A stretch of 64,000 nt of DNA from NCBI GenBank assembly GCA_001687465.1, contig LVLI01000565.1, forward strand, positions 1 to 64,000. The letters run 5' to 3'. Source of the stretch: Halocafeteria seosinensis (taxonomy: Eukaryota). The notes below the pieces were generated by a model. It was given only the letters and a program-made list of their open reading frames with translations. It was not told the origin of the DNA and did no database searches. The stretch's first letter is position 1, and the number at the start of each line of letters is the position of its first letter. A program made the position numbers and the translations under genes. Shown here one piece after another: positions 1 through 12,649 of the stretch.

Positions 1-334
1 CCCCTTGTCTGACGATCGATTAGTGAGATCAGCGTGTTCCAAGTTGTGGACAGCCAAGCAAGCAGAGAATGCCAAACTGAGGAAGTATGCCCATCTGAAG
101 GAGTATGATCGCGAGATCATTCCTTTCGCTGTGGAGGCCACTGGGGGCTTTGGAGTTCGTGCAGTTGCGTTATTGAAGCGGTTGTCGAGACTGCAGGTCA
201 CGAGGCTGGCGTGTGTAGGTGAACGGAAGGACTTTCGGAAATTGGTGACTGCCAAGATTTCGGTTTGTCTGATGCGCAAAAATGTGCACATGATAGATCA
301 TTTCTTGGGGAATCTTGGGTCACTTGTAGAGTAA
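1..334 (+). mobile_element. 3' end of a non-LTR retrotransposon ORF (CRE-like, restriction-like endonuclease C-terminus), truncated by the window edge
   Basis: Translation AKLRKY...IIPFAVEATGGFGVRAVALLKRL...KISVCLMRKN matches the K-x-x-KY / PFAVE-x-x-G-x-x-G-x-x-A / SV-x-L-x-R-x-N pattern of RLE domains in CRE-clade elements. Confidence 0.75.
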
Positions 335-409
335 TTTTAGGTATTCGTTCATTTTTCCTCAATGTAAGAGTAAATACAATACACACTGGTTAATGGATTT
401 TCGACTTCG

Positions 410-913
410 AGCTAATACTCTGTTTATTCATGTGGTTATACGGGAATATTCCCCTAACGAGTTTAAAGAGAGTCCGGATCCCCCACGAGCACCACAATTT
501 CTAAGGATGATTCATCGACGACTCTCATCACGATTGCTAAGGATATCCCGTCGACGAAGGACAAGAACGCTATGGTCCGAATTCAGACTCAACAACCAAC
601 GCAGAAAGTTTCTTGTATTACCCTAAATGAGTATGCACCGGTTAATGAATCATTGACTTCGAGCACCACGATTTCTAAGGATGTTTCTTCGATCAACGAC
701 ACGGACGCTATTGTCAGTTTCCAGCTTGGAAACTTAGGACTTTCAGTAGTCTAATTTTTCGTTTTTCTTACCTTCATCACACCTTTGTTACGAAGAATAA
801 ATATACAGATACAGTCTCATTGCAGCGGAATACTCGGTGTTTGTGAGTGTGTATCCCTGCCGCGGCGCTAGTTGGCTGTTGCCCTATAACCACATGAATA
901 TACGGTATAAGCT
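410..913. repeat. Segment bounded by imperfect inverted repeats (candidate non-autonomous TIR element) with internal direct repeats
   Basis: 425-440 TATTCATGTGGTTATA is the exact reverse complement of 885-900, and the similarity extends imperfectly to about 410-446 and 879-913. Internal CAC(A/G)ATT(T/G)CTAAGGAT repeats lie near 493, 529 and 667. Confidence 0.5.
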
Positions 914-1050
914 GTCGGCAGACGTTGCTTTCATCAGTGCTTTTTCCCGGAGAGTCATGTTGCTTTCTTCTGAGTCGCCATGATCTTAGTAGAGAGACTT
1001 CGTTGGAGCTTTAGCGTTTCAAAATACGCCTTGTAGTTGGCTTCCTTCCC

Positions 1051-1226
1051 AGGATTGGGGCGAGGCTGCGTTTGGGACTCCCGTTAGCTAGGGTAGAAAT
1101 TCCGGAGATATGCCCATTGTGTGATGGAAGAACTTTCGGAAATTGGTGACTGCCAAGATTTCGGTTTGTCTGATGCGAGAGAATGTGCACATGATAGATC
1201 ATTTCTTGGGGAATCTTGGGGTCACT
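1051..1226 (+). pseudogene. Internally deleted second copy of the same non-LTR retrotransposon
   Basis: 1051-1130 encodes RIGARLRLGLPLARVEIPEICPLCDG (the R-x-RLG-x-P...C-x-x-C motif preceding the zinc knuckle). 1132-1226 is a near-identical copy of 231-324. Confidence 0.7.
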
Positions 1227-1521
1227 CGAATTTGTGGTATCAATGTACTAGTGAATCAAGTTTAATCCCTTCATCATTTTAGGGACTTTCCCACACACGC
1301 CCTCAAAGGCGTGCCCGGTCCTTCCGCCTGGCTCACCTCCGGGCGACAAGCCCGGTTTGCCCTGTACTCGCATACCATGACACATACCATATGGTAGAAG
1401 TTTTTCCTGTCGAGTTATTGTCCGTCCCCATAGGTCGTGTACTATGCAGCTCTAGCTTGGTATCGAGAAACATATACAATTGGTCTGGGTGCATTTAGGA
1501 TTCGGGTTATTACTGGCAAAG

Positions 1522-3326
1522 ATGAAATTGATCGGCGGGTTATTGGTGTTCTTGCTCGCCATTTCTTCGGGATGTACGGCAAACGAAGAGCCCCAATCAG
1601 AGGATGGCATGGTAAAATACACGTAAGTAGATCAAGAAGGTTAGGAAAATGGTGGATATTATAAGTATGGTTGGGAAAATGGCTAATGGTTGCTGTTGCA
1701 GTGCGCAGCAAGTGATCCCAGGATCCGCCCTCACCGCCCATCTCCGTGGAGGGAAGAAATGGAGTAAAAACGGTGAAGATAAGCCGCAAGAGGTTCACCT
1801 CGCACTTGCTGGCCAAGACAGTGAAGGAGTCAGTAACGGAATGGCTGTTTCGTGGACCACCGTTAATGCCACGAAAACGTCTGTCGTCAAATACGGGCAG
1901 CAAAGCAGAAGCTACCAACATGAGGCGCATGGCACTCAGGCCACTTACCACGAAGGATGGGATTACCACCACCACGCCGTTATGACTGATCTCCAGCCTG
2001 ATACGAAATACTACTATGTTGTTGGAGATAGTGAGGCTGGATTCAGTGAAGAGTTTAACTTCGTTACAGCTCCCCAAAATGACAGGAACAGACCCTTGAA
2101 GCTGATGGTATATGGTGCGTAGTACGGTTCCCTCTTAGGTCATTTTCAATGAAGTCCACTTTGTTCGCTTCTACTGCAGGAGACATGGGCGTATATAACA
2201 GTGACAATACTCGAGGTGCTGTTAACAGGCGATATAAGGAGGTAGGTGCTACTTGCTATGCCAGTTGGCTCGGCTCGTAATATTGGTTTGTTTCATCATG
2301 CTGCAGTATGAGTGGATTTGGCATCTCGGAGATATTGGATATGCTGACGACGCCTTCTTACATCACATCACATTCTACTATGAAAAGGTAAGCTCAATTA
2401 AGATGTTACATAAGCCAAATAATTAGCATCACTCCCAAGATGTACGTGGCGCAGATTTGGAATCAATACATGAACTGGATGCAGAATGTATCTGCCTACA
2501 AGCCGTATATGGTGCTTCCTGGGAATCATGAAGGTTCGTTGCGTGGACGTTGGAATCAGACGAAAGTGTTGGGTGTATCACTTTGGTGTATGTTGCTGCA
2601 GCCGAGTGTCACTCACTTCCTTGCATTCTGCACAAGGACTACCGCGAGACGCTTCAGAACTTTACAGCCTACAACTACCGATTCCGGCTCCCATGGCGAG
2701 AAAGCGGGGCCGTAAGCGATATGTGGTATAGTTTCAACTACGGGCCAGTCCACTTTCTCAACATTGATACTGAAACCGATTTCCCTGGCGCACCACGAGA
2801 TGAGCATATCGGGAATAAGAATGGGGGTTTCGGTGATCAGTTGAAGTGGCTTGAGGAAGATCTTAAAAAAGCCAACGCTTCCCGGCACTTGCGCCCCTGG
2901 ATTCTGGCTGCTGGGCATCGACCAGTATATTCGATAGGCGACACAGACAGTACTGGGAATATCACCGGTGCTCCCGCGAAGCTTGCTAAAGCTGTGGAAG
3001 ATCTGTTTTATCGGTATCAAGTAGACATATTCTTCTGTGGACACAAACATTCCTACGAGCGCCAATGGCCAGTGTATAAAACCGTGCCTGAGAAGACTTA
3101 TCAGAACCCCCGTGCGACTACGTACATCGTTAATGGTGCGGCCGGAAACACTGAAGGCCACACTCTCTATCCCTCCACTACCCCGGACTGGAATGTGGCC
3201 TACAATAATCAGGATTACGGTTATGGGATGCTGTCGATTTATAATTCTACGACACTGCACTGGGGTTTCTATAAGTCTGCTGACGACACACTCATTGATG
3301 AAGTAACGCTTTACAGAGCCCACTAG
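1522..3326 (+). CDS. Secreted purple acid phosphatase (FN3-like N domain + metallophosphoesterase), paralog 1; 6 exons
   Basis: Signal peptide MKLIGGLLVFLLAISSGCTA. The spliced product has all five PAP motifs: GDMG, GDIGY, GNHE, AGHRP, GHKH. Introns 1623-1701, 2115-2179, 2242-2306, 2388-2454 and about 2534-2601. Confidence 0.93.
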
Positions 3327-3452
3327 ACTATCATTTGACACCATCTTAGGTTTGAGGCTACAATATCGCACATCTTGTCTCAAAGTTGAGACGTTGTTGA
3401 AAGTACGATATTTATGCATGCTGACATTTCCGATTCACTTTCTTGCCCAGGT

Positions 3453-4204
3453 TTATCGCTCATAAAATCTCATTTCGTCGTCCTCCTTGTATGGCGTCCA
3501 TCCTTCACTTTCGGGGAGAGTAAACTTGTGCAAAATGATATGCGTTCCCGGCTTAGCTTCCGATTTTAGTTTAGTCGAAAGTCTGTAATATGTCCGCACA
3601 ATCTTGAAAGCCCACATATGTGCTGTCTTCATACAACTTACCTATCCATAAATGACTGGACACCAAAGATCATAATGACGTCGTAAGGTGAAAGATCAAC
3701 GTTCCATAAATTCCTGAGGTAGAAGCGGGCTCGACCTCTTTCTTGTACACTTTCCGAAGGAGGAATAGCTCCGTATATTGCCTGGATTTTCCTCCAACCA
3801 AACGATGGGCGAAGATAAAAGGGACCGACACCGTGGATGATGGCTTTGACTCGCGAGTAAAGAACCAGCCACGGATTTAGTTCGTACCCATCGGCAATCA
3901 TGCCTTGCTTTGCTGCAGCAAGTACGGCCACTCCATCACCGGAGCCTAAATCGGTGAATATGGCCTTGTTCCTTTGCTCTAATTTCTTCCGAATTGCCAG
4001 ATCCTTCAGCATCACTTGGATCCGTCTGGAACTGGTATTCATATAAGGAAGGGCACCAAATCGACTCCGTGGAAGCCATGGGATAATCATAAATGGAAGT
4101 GCGATTGCACATATGGTTACAACAGTGGTGCCAAATGTATATAAGATCCTAGAGCGAATTTGTCGGCGATATTCATCATCGTTGTCCACTTCCATGATTG
4201 CCAT
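3453..4204 (-). CDS. FAM173/ATPSCKMT-like SAM-dependent lysine methyltransferase
   Basis: N-terminal TM segment followed by ALPYMNTS, DLGSGDG, GYELNPWLV and VIMIFGV. One intron near 3583-3641; stop at 3453. Confidence 0.8.
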
Positions 4205-4663
4205 TCCACCCCCCTTGAGCTATGTTGGCCTACCTCCGTCTTGAAGCATACTGATTGATATGTGAATCGTTGTTTCTCACCTTGATATGTAATTGTATGG
4301 ACCCAGCGGTACTTGAAAATACCATGCCATATCCTTGTGACCATGTGCACAAGATCTGTTTGAATTCTTGCTCATCGGATCTTCACAAATTTTACACAAG
4401 AAGACGGCGCACCGGTCTCAGTGTATGAACAGGGTGCGCATTCAAAAACATTATTTGTTTGTGTCTTCGAACGAGCTAGCATGTGTAGTTGAGAAGGGTG
4501 GGTGCTGTGCAAAGTTGTATTTGTTGCTTTCGTTTTCGTATTCTTGACGTTCGTGCAGCTCCACAATTCAAATTCAAGCATTTCAAGAGCCAAAACGATA
4601 ATTGTAGGAGCAGACAGCACTGTCCTGACATTGTCACGAGGGAGAAATCCAATTAAACGACTG

Positions 4664-6319
4664 ATGGCGCTTCTGCATGATCCTAATAAGTCTTTAGATA
4701 ATGGTTTTTTCGTATTTTCGCCGGGGTTTGCGGATGGAGACTACCGGCTGTTCGAAGTTACGGATGAAATAGCCGACCAAGTGGAAGCAGGCAAGGAGGT
4801 CGACTTAAAAGCCGAGGGGCAAGAAGATCTAGTGATGTGTACGGAAGATGCGACATACAACGTGCAACGAGTGGAGTCTTCGAATACGAACTTGCTGTTT
4901 CGGCATGATAGTAGGAAACTGCAACTTACAGAGCCTAGAACTGGTGCCCATTATGAAGAGGGGAACGCTTATGAAATCGTGGCAGAGTGTAGCCAGTATT
5001 ACGAGGTTCGTCGAATCGCGCTTCTGGTAAGAATTCTACATGTGCTGCTGTAAACCGCTGTCCATGCAGCTTGAGAAAACCAACGGACGCTTGAGAAAAA
5101 TTAGGACGCTATTGGAGCAACGACCATATGCTGGACCCACTGCAGAAAAGAACAAATGTATGTCGACTGGAAGCATTGAAAACTTACATATGGTTTGAAT
5201 GAATGTATTTTCTGCTTGCATATACAGCGAACGGCTATCTATACTCGTTTGAAGACCTCCTCGACCGTGTGCAAGCCAGTCGACGGGAAATAGAGGCCGA
5301 ATTGCACAACCTGGATGCTCTTTGTCTTGGCGGTTAGTCTTAAAGAAATAATGCATTGCGCTTATAACTGTATGCTTACAGCCATTCCGGTCCGTGGCGG
5401 ATGACCAGGATATTGGCGGATTTTGAGTGAACAGTATCTATTCCAACTTGTCGAGGAGATTACACTAACAATCAGACAGCAAGGCTGGAGAAAGGATGAG
5501 ATCAATGAAGTAAGTGTGATTAACATGCAACTCGTATGCATACTGTAGTCAACGACTACTCTGGTTCCCGGTCCAGAAAGAATGTGTCAATGGCGTAGCA
5601 GATCAAGGGGAGTCGGACAACTCTGAGTTTCCGAAGGAAGTGATCTGTCACGTGCTACGATCGTTAGTCGACAGAACAGACGGCTCCTCTTTCCTCGTGT
5701 TAGATCTCGAAAAAGTAGCACGAGTTCGTGCTCGAGAACTTTTGAGCAGCTTCCACGCAACAAACTCTGAAGGGGTACGCACTGTGGAGTTGCTTGAAGA
5801 GTGGGTGAAACGGTGTGCTTACTTCTTATCGTGTGTGTAGCAGAGAGTCGCGAAAGACGCCTTTATGGAAGCCTGGAGCATTCTCCTGCAGGATATGCCT
5901 GGAGTAGATTCCTTCCAACTTTCCCTTGACCTTATTAAAGTAAGCCTCCTCCTGACGTTCTCGTACGGAATGCTCGTGCGGATATATTTCTTCTGGAATG
6001 CAGGATATGATTTTGGTGCATGATGTTGGGGGGGAAAAGTTAATAAGCTATTTTCCTGTCTGGAGACTACCGGAATCACCAAGAGAGAGATTCAAGAAGC
6101 TCTTTTCTGTCCGACAGCGGTGGTTGTTAGAGGATCTCCAGCCCTTCATTACGTAAGTCTGTGGCGATGCCGTTCCGTTTTGCCGTGATACTCACGAGGA
6201 ATCTTGGTGAGTAACACAGGGATCTGTGTGGCCCAGCTTTATCTCAAGGAGATTTGTTGCTTGCGCATACGCGCGTCATTAGCCACAGGAACGGCAAGGA
6301 AGAGTACTGTGCGAAGTAG
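4664..6319 (+). CDS. DSCC1: Sister chromatid cohesion protein DCC1, multi-exon
   Basis: YRLFEV, LVMCTEDATYNVQRVESSNTNLL, DLLDRVQASRREI and LPESPRERFKKLFSVRQRWLLEDLQPFI motifs across GT-AG exons. Confidence 0.9.
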
Positions 6320-6389
6320 CAACGAAGATGTACAAGACAGCCGATGAGCAGTGTACTATTGTATGCTGACGGTATGCGAATATACAACG

Positions 6390-8527
6390 TCAGATGACAA
6401 ATACCAGTACAATGATATAAAGAAACAGCGAAAACATAAAGAACACAGCAGGCAGGTAACGGAGACGAGCGCACCAACTGGTATATGCGCTTCTGTAAGG
6501 TTTTGAGGGAATCCTTCCAGCGCACAGAGCTATCGTCACGAAGCACTTGATGGCTTCCCATCTAGAATTGCAGCCAGACATCCACTTCGTACGATACTCG
6601 AAAATATAGTCCGGGGAATAGCCATGCGAGCTCTGAGGTTGCTCCCCACTAGTGGCAGCGACGCCGTGATTCCCACTGCCTGCGTGATTCTCGTTCGTAT
6701 TCTTCGGTTGCGCATCAGGCTCAGCTGCGTCTGTCATCGCAGGTGAACCCAAAGTAGCAGGGGGGTCATCTTGGCTGTTCCCCAAACTTGTTTCTTTCCC
6801 AGTGCCGTCACGGTTGCGATGTAGATAGTCGATGCTAGTTAGTGAAAACTGCCACAGGAGTGCTGGAATAGTCATAGCGATAGCAATACCAATTGTGCCG
6901 TTCACTTGAAGGATGTCTCCCAAATCGTGCACGAAAATCGCCCCTATCAACGGAGGCACACAGGCCACTACACGAGAAAAACGCTTCCACCGCTTGTACT
7001 GCGCTGTATGAATAAACGTATTGATCTCAATATCTTCTTCTTCTGAAGTCACAATGCTATCTGATCTACTCCTTAAAGCGCTCTGTGGGAAGCGTAAACT
7101 CAGTAAACTGTTTCCTAAAGCGATGGCTCCCAGAGGGAAAACCGACACCACGTCCAGAGGTGGGAAAACCAAAATGAAAGTTCCAATAATCTTCGCAACT
7201 GTAGGCCTAGGTCCGAATGGATCGGACCCACTAAGATTTTCGTCATCTGTGGCTGATCCTGCGAAGCACCCGTAATAGGAGTGCCAATGGATATTAGCTT
7301 GACTGTCGACATCGGTGCCAAAATACATCGAGACAATAATACCGATTCCTGCATAACAAAATCCGACAATAAAGAAAGCATAGCGGAAAACGCTACTTAA
7401 TCGCTTCTTATCCTTCGTGGAATCCGCAATACTTGGAATTGTGTGATGAAAAATAGCGGTCGTTATGGCGATGGGGAGCAGCACTGGTACACCTTTCCAG
7501 CGAAAAGCACGTGTATACAGCTCATGATCGGAGTTTTCTCCTATATCACCGAATGCGATTTCTTCACACCCGAATCCCACGAAGACCGTTATCACCATGG
7601 CCAGCATGACAAAGACTCTTCCAAAAGCCAAGAACACCTGGAGCAGGAGCTGTTCTTCCATGTCCATTAAGCTTAAAGGGATAACCAGAGCGGCGTAGAT
7701 GAGGAGGAAAGTGATGTATTGAGGAAAGCAAGCGTCCCCACTTTGATTCATGTCACATGTCTGGTCGTGGGGAGACGGCAAGAACTCGACAGGAACATTT
7801 GCTGCCATCGAGGAACTGAACACTGCCGTAAAGCTCCATAGCGTACCAATCATCCAAACACTGCAAACGCAAGCATGCAGGGTTCGAATCTTGTCACCGA
7901 AACAATAGCGTCGAGAGAAGCAACTTACCAAAAGAAAACTAAATATATGTACTTCATCGGTGTACCGATGAACAGTTCACATAGCTCTGGTGTTTCGAAG
8001 CGGCGCTCTTTCACTAAGAATGCGTCCTCCGGTACTTCCTCCTGATGCAGCAACGAGAGCTTGTCTGAATCATCTAGTTCTGTTATCAACCTCCTTCTGG
8101 TTTCACCATTAGAATCCGCAGTAGAATATGTACCTGCTTTTTTTGCATTAGAGCTTGACTTGCTACTGGCTGTCGCCTCCGCCTCGGAGCTACTACTGCC
8201 AACCTCAGGTGTTGAGCGACCGGTTGCTCCATAGTCGCCGGGTAGGTCTTGTTCGGGTACACTAAGGCTGCCCGCCGAAACAGCTTCTGCGCGGCCCATG
8301 GCTTCTAACAAAAAATCCTTGGATATGTCGCATAGCCAGACTGCAACCATGACTGCCACGGATCCAAGCACTAATCCAGCTTTGCTGACGCCGAATGGGA
8401 TAGCTAGAAATCCTGATCCGATGATAACGTTAATGGCATAGCAAACACTAACCCAAAAGCTAAACTTTTGCGGCTCACCGCTTGTGCCGGTGCATACGCG
8501 TCGAACACAGCGCTGCAGAGCATTCAT
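6390..8527 (-). CDS. Amino-acid transporter family protein (Aa_trans, TMEM104-like)
   Basis: NVIIGSGFLAIP in TM1, RFETPELCELFIG, FHHTIPSI, FPPLDVVSVFPLGAIALGNSL. Intron about 7862-7928. Confidence 0.85.
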
Positions 8528-8902
8528 TATGGTGGCTTCCTCAGCTGCGGATCACTGCACCTCAACACCACTGAGGGTTCAAACGCCACTAGCTAGCTAC
8601 GTAGTTTGAGCTCAGTTCATGCTTCTAACTGCTACTCTACTTGCTCTTTCGACTGGTTTGAAACGTGACGAGAGCACTGAGACAATGACTGTATATGTAT
8701 ATCCACTCCAAAGATGGAGGAACTGCAGCGGGATTTGAAACACAGCAATCAATTGTGGGACTTACAGCAGTTCATCATGGACTGTCCATGCGTTTGAGAG
8801 TTCCTGAGAAGTGTACTATTGCCATGACTATGGAGCGTATCATGTTTAAGAGAAGAGGGGGAAGAAATGTACGTTGCTTGAGTGACGCTGTAGAGATAGA
8901 CT

Positions 8903-9436
8903 ATGGCGGCGGCCACAGAAGACAACGTCAATGCTTCCCAAGTGACGGGAAGTGGTTGCATTATTTGCAGCAGTGTCCGGAATAAATACAAATGCCCCCG
9001 CTGCAGTGCGAGATATTGCTCGCTGGAGTGTTACAAAGCTCACAATACCCAATGCGAAGAACTCCAGAAGAAGAACCGGGAGAAATCTGGCGGAGACACT
9101 GGGCCTAAGGAAAACCAGCAGGCAGCACCACCACCAACCAGAGACGATGAAGACGATGAGGAAGATATTTACGATGATACAAAGATTCGTTTAAAACAAG
9201 AGCATTACGATAAACTCAAAGAAGATAAGTCAGTTCGAGCTGCGCTCAGGGACCCTCGATTGCAGGAAATTATCATCAGCATTGATACTGCCGAAGATCG
9301 AGTTGACGCGCTACAACGGGCTCGTAAAGCGAATCCACACTTGCGAGAGTTCATTGACAAAATGCTTGATTGTTTGGGAATGATAGAATGGGACTCGAAC
9401 GGGCATGCCTTCTTTCAATCCCCACGGAAGTCATGA
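8903..9436 (+). CDS. ZNHIT3: Zinc finger HIT domain protein 3-like
   Basis: CIIC...KYKCPRCSARYCSLECYKAH zf-HIT domain; C-terminal LRDPRLQEIIISID...FIDKMLD. Confidence 0.85.
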   Translation: MAAATEDNVNASQVTGSGCIICSSVRNKYKCPRCSARYCSLECYKAHNTQCEELQKKNREKSGGDTGPKENQQAAPPPTRDDEDDEEDIYDDTKIRLKQEHYDKLKEDKSVRAALRDPRLQEIIISIDTAEDRVDALQRARKANPHLREFIDKMLDCLGMIEWDSNGHAFFQSPRKS

Positions 9437-10337
9437 CAAAACTCGAGTTCAGGGAATACCATCTCGCATAATGCAAGTCGCATTCATCTACCAAGCACAA
9501 GAGGCCCGTAGAGGGGGTATCCGAGCACACAGGAAGTCACATTATCCGACTCACTCACATCGGGTCTTTCAGTACCACGACCTGAAGTGGAACTATGATT
9601 CCAGATCGAGACAGGGCGTTGCTGCCCAAGCTGGAACTTTCTGTTACCATTCCAACAATTGCTGTAGTTTAAGGTTCCGTAAAGCATGAACAGAATTTGA
9701 TGACTATCTCACTGCTAGTAGTAGTGCTGAGTCAGCGACAGTCACGGACAGCCTCTGAGGCTCTGACTGACAGACACTTCCAGGTCGCACATGCGAATAT
9801 CAACATTCTTACCCGGTAAATTTACCTTCTATTGACGGATTGTTCGAACATGTACCAACAGTTGTTTAAGACATTTATTTATGTAGTTTGTCCCCTTCTT
9901 TTCTTTTACTCAAAGAGTACACAGCCGGAGGCAAAGAAGTCTGTCACTGTTTAAGTAAGTGCTTCCCTGTGGGTGGTGTGATGTGTTCAGCCTTCTGGGT
10001 GCACCCACAGCATGTATTCACTAGTGGTGTGTCAAGGAAAGCATCTACCCATCTGTCTTATGAATGTTGCGTTGTGAGGCTTCTGTGTGGGATGAATCTG
10101 CGTCGAACCACGTTTATGGGGACTGTAGAACACGAATGTCCTTGGGGTTTGTTTGGCCATGGGTTTTGTTTGCCATTTTCCTACCACCTTTGTGCCATGC
10201 CATCTTAATGAAATTGTGTGGATATAATATTTTTTGTGTATTTTATGCTCTGCCTTACAGTAAAGCCTTCTTAACTGGTGGTGAGGAATTTCTGAACCTT
10301 CCACGGACACTTCCAGCAGGAATTGAAACGCATTGAT

Positions 10338-12649
10338 ATGGCTACAACACAAACTGATACTTCAGTGCCGTTTGTTTCTTTGGATTCCTCCCCCAAGGCT
10401 ACAGAAGAGAGCTCTGCACAAAATGCCAACGACACAGGAGCTGAGGGAGAAGGTGGTGCAAAGACGGCCGGTGCATCCGCCACACAGGGCTTACTCAACT
10501 TCTTGAAAGGGATGTTTGGTGCCGGTATCTTGGCCATCCCTAGCTCGTTTAACAAGACTGGAATTCCCGCGGGTATTCTTTTATATTTGCTCGTCGGATT
10601 GACGTGCACGGTTGCAATGCTTGCATTGATATATATTAAACACGAACTACAGCGCCGGCAAGAGGAGTACGACGCGTTAGAGAAGGATGCAGTTGGGATG
10701 TACAGCGATCAGCAAGGAGAGCAAGGAAATAATCGCGAAACAAGGGCGTTCTCTGTTAGCGGTGTTCCGCAACAGGGGCGAGAGCAAGACCGGCGACGCC
10801 TCCAAAAGGAGCATCCTCATTTAAACGATGGCTCTTTCAGTCCTCGAGAGGCAATGCGAACTATTTCTGCGGGTACGGGCACTAGTAGTGGAAAGGGTAC
10901 ACAACCGGATAATGATCACCGGCCATTGTCAAGTCTAAATAGCATTAAGCATGAATGGACAAATGGAGAGAACCAGTCGCTTCTTGAGAGCTTGGAAACA
11001 GCGTCTGCCGGCACACTCCAGAGTGACGAATTTCAGATAGAGACAGCTCCTGAAGAAGCCGATGAAATAGGTGGACAATTAGATGAAGAACATAAAATTC
11101 AGACGTATGCAGAGGTTGGAGAAGCAGCAATGGGTGTATGGGGTCGTTATCTTGTTGAGTTTAACGTCGTAGTGTTAGAATGGGCTTTCTGTGCTGGCTT
11201 TGTCAATGTTGGCTTCGCTAACGTGCACAATGCCATCCACCGTGCGAATGAGTTGAACGGCAATGGAGAAGTTATGGGTCAACCAAACAGGATGATTGTA
11301 GGCGTAATTGCGGCTCCCATTTTGATAATACTTTCGTGGATCAAAAAGGTTAAGGATTTATGGATTATTTCCCTCATGGGTCTCGTTGTATATGTGTGTA
11401 AGTTAATCTTTACGGTCATCTGGGGCAGTAGACAGCATTAGCTTCTTTCTCGCTGAATTGGTGCAGTTGGGGTGATGGGTATTTCGTTTTACCAAGGGGG
11501 ACAACATATCCACGACGGAAGTACAGGCATCTCTCACGATGAACTGCTCAACGGAACGATAGGTGTCAGTTCTATAGGCGAGAGAATACTCCATTACACA
11601 GCCTTTATTGGTAAGAGACGATTAGTAGATACGGTACGAAGGTTAGTACGGCGTTTCATGGTTCTATGACGGTCGCAGGTAGCTCCGTGTATAGCCTCGA
11701 AGGGATTAATTTGGTGCTGCCAATTGAAACTTCTCTACGTGACAAGAAGAAAGCACCTCTTGTAATTGGAGGCGGTACTGTCGTATACTGCTGCATGGTT
11801 TGCTTGTTGGGGTCGTTTGGTTTTGCTGCCGGCTTGGGGAAAGGCAAAGAAGGTGTTGTCACGGATAACTTGACGGGTATTCCCGGCATCATCGTCAGTA
11901 CCGCTCTTGTACTCGCCCTCATTTTCACTCATGCTCTGACGCTATTTCCTGCTACCGAAATAGTTGAAAGGCGACTGTTCGACCCCGATGACGACTCTTT
12001 CAAGACACTCTGGTTCCAGCGACTAATAAGAGCCCTGCAAGTGATATTTACTGTTATCGTTGGACTCAGTGCTCGCTCATTCGATCGATTTTCTGCCTTG
12101 ATAGGTGCTCTATTCATGTCGACAGTTGGCTTTCTCATGCCTGCGTTATTTACTTGGGTATCTTTCAACGGGAACCAAGTTTGGCCGTTCAGCAAAATTT
12201 TTGGTAGTTCGGACATCATTGATGAAGAGAGAGATCGTGCAGCAGATCCGTTCTCGTTCCTCGAGCATGAGGATCTGAGTGATCTAGGTAGTGAGAAGCG
12301 TGGTGCTGATAAAACCTCCGAACACGAAATACCCTCTGTCGGGGATCTTCGATCATATACTCCAGAACAGAGGGTGGAGAACCAACCACGTGTTCATCAT
12401 TCCCCGGATCCTGCTGATCGTCGAAAGTTCATGTCGTTTGATCCCTCTCTGATTGAACCTAAACTAAAGGAACGAAGCGCAAGCATGTCGGGCGCGGTCA
12501 TCCATCCTGGAAAACTGCGTCCTTTGTCCCCTGGCCCATGCATGGGTCCTTGGGGAGTCGCAGCTTGCATTTACGGGATGTTATTCGGAGTGTTCACGAT
12601 GGTATTCGGTTTGTACACCTCCATAAAAGGCTTCATGGGTAAAGATTAA
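10338..12649 (+). CDS. Amino-acid transporter (SLC36/AVT3-like), paralog A
   Basis: NFLKGMFGAGILAIP, TYAEVGEAAMG, VYSLEGINLVLPIE, LFPATEIVE. Introns about 11398-11466 and 11611-11678. Confidence 0.9.

Noticed and set aside
484..720. Spaced short direct repeats resembling a CRISPR array
   Set aside because: The repeats are degenerate and irregularly spaced, the context is eukaryotic and no cas genes are present.
1442..3419. Long antisense ORFs over phosphatase 1 (and similar ones over phosphatase 2, the RAP gene, the nuclease gene and SmD1)
   Set aside because: Shadow ORFs of real opposite-strand genes with no motifs of their own.
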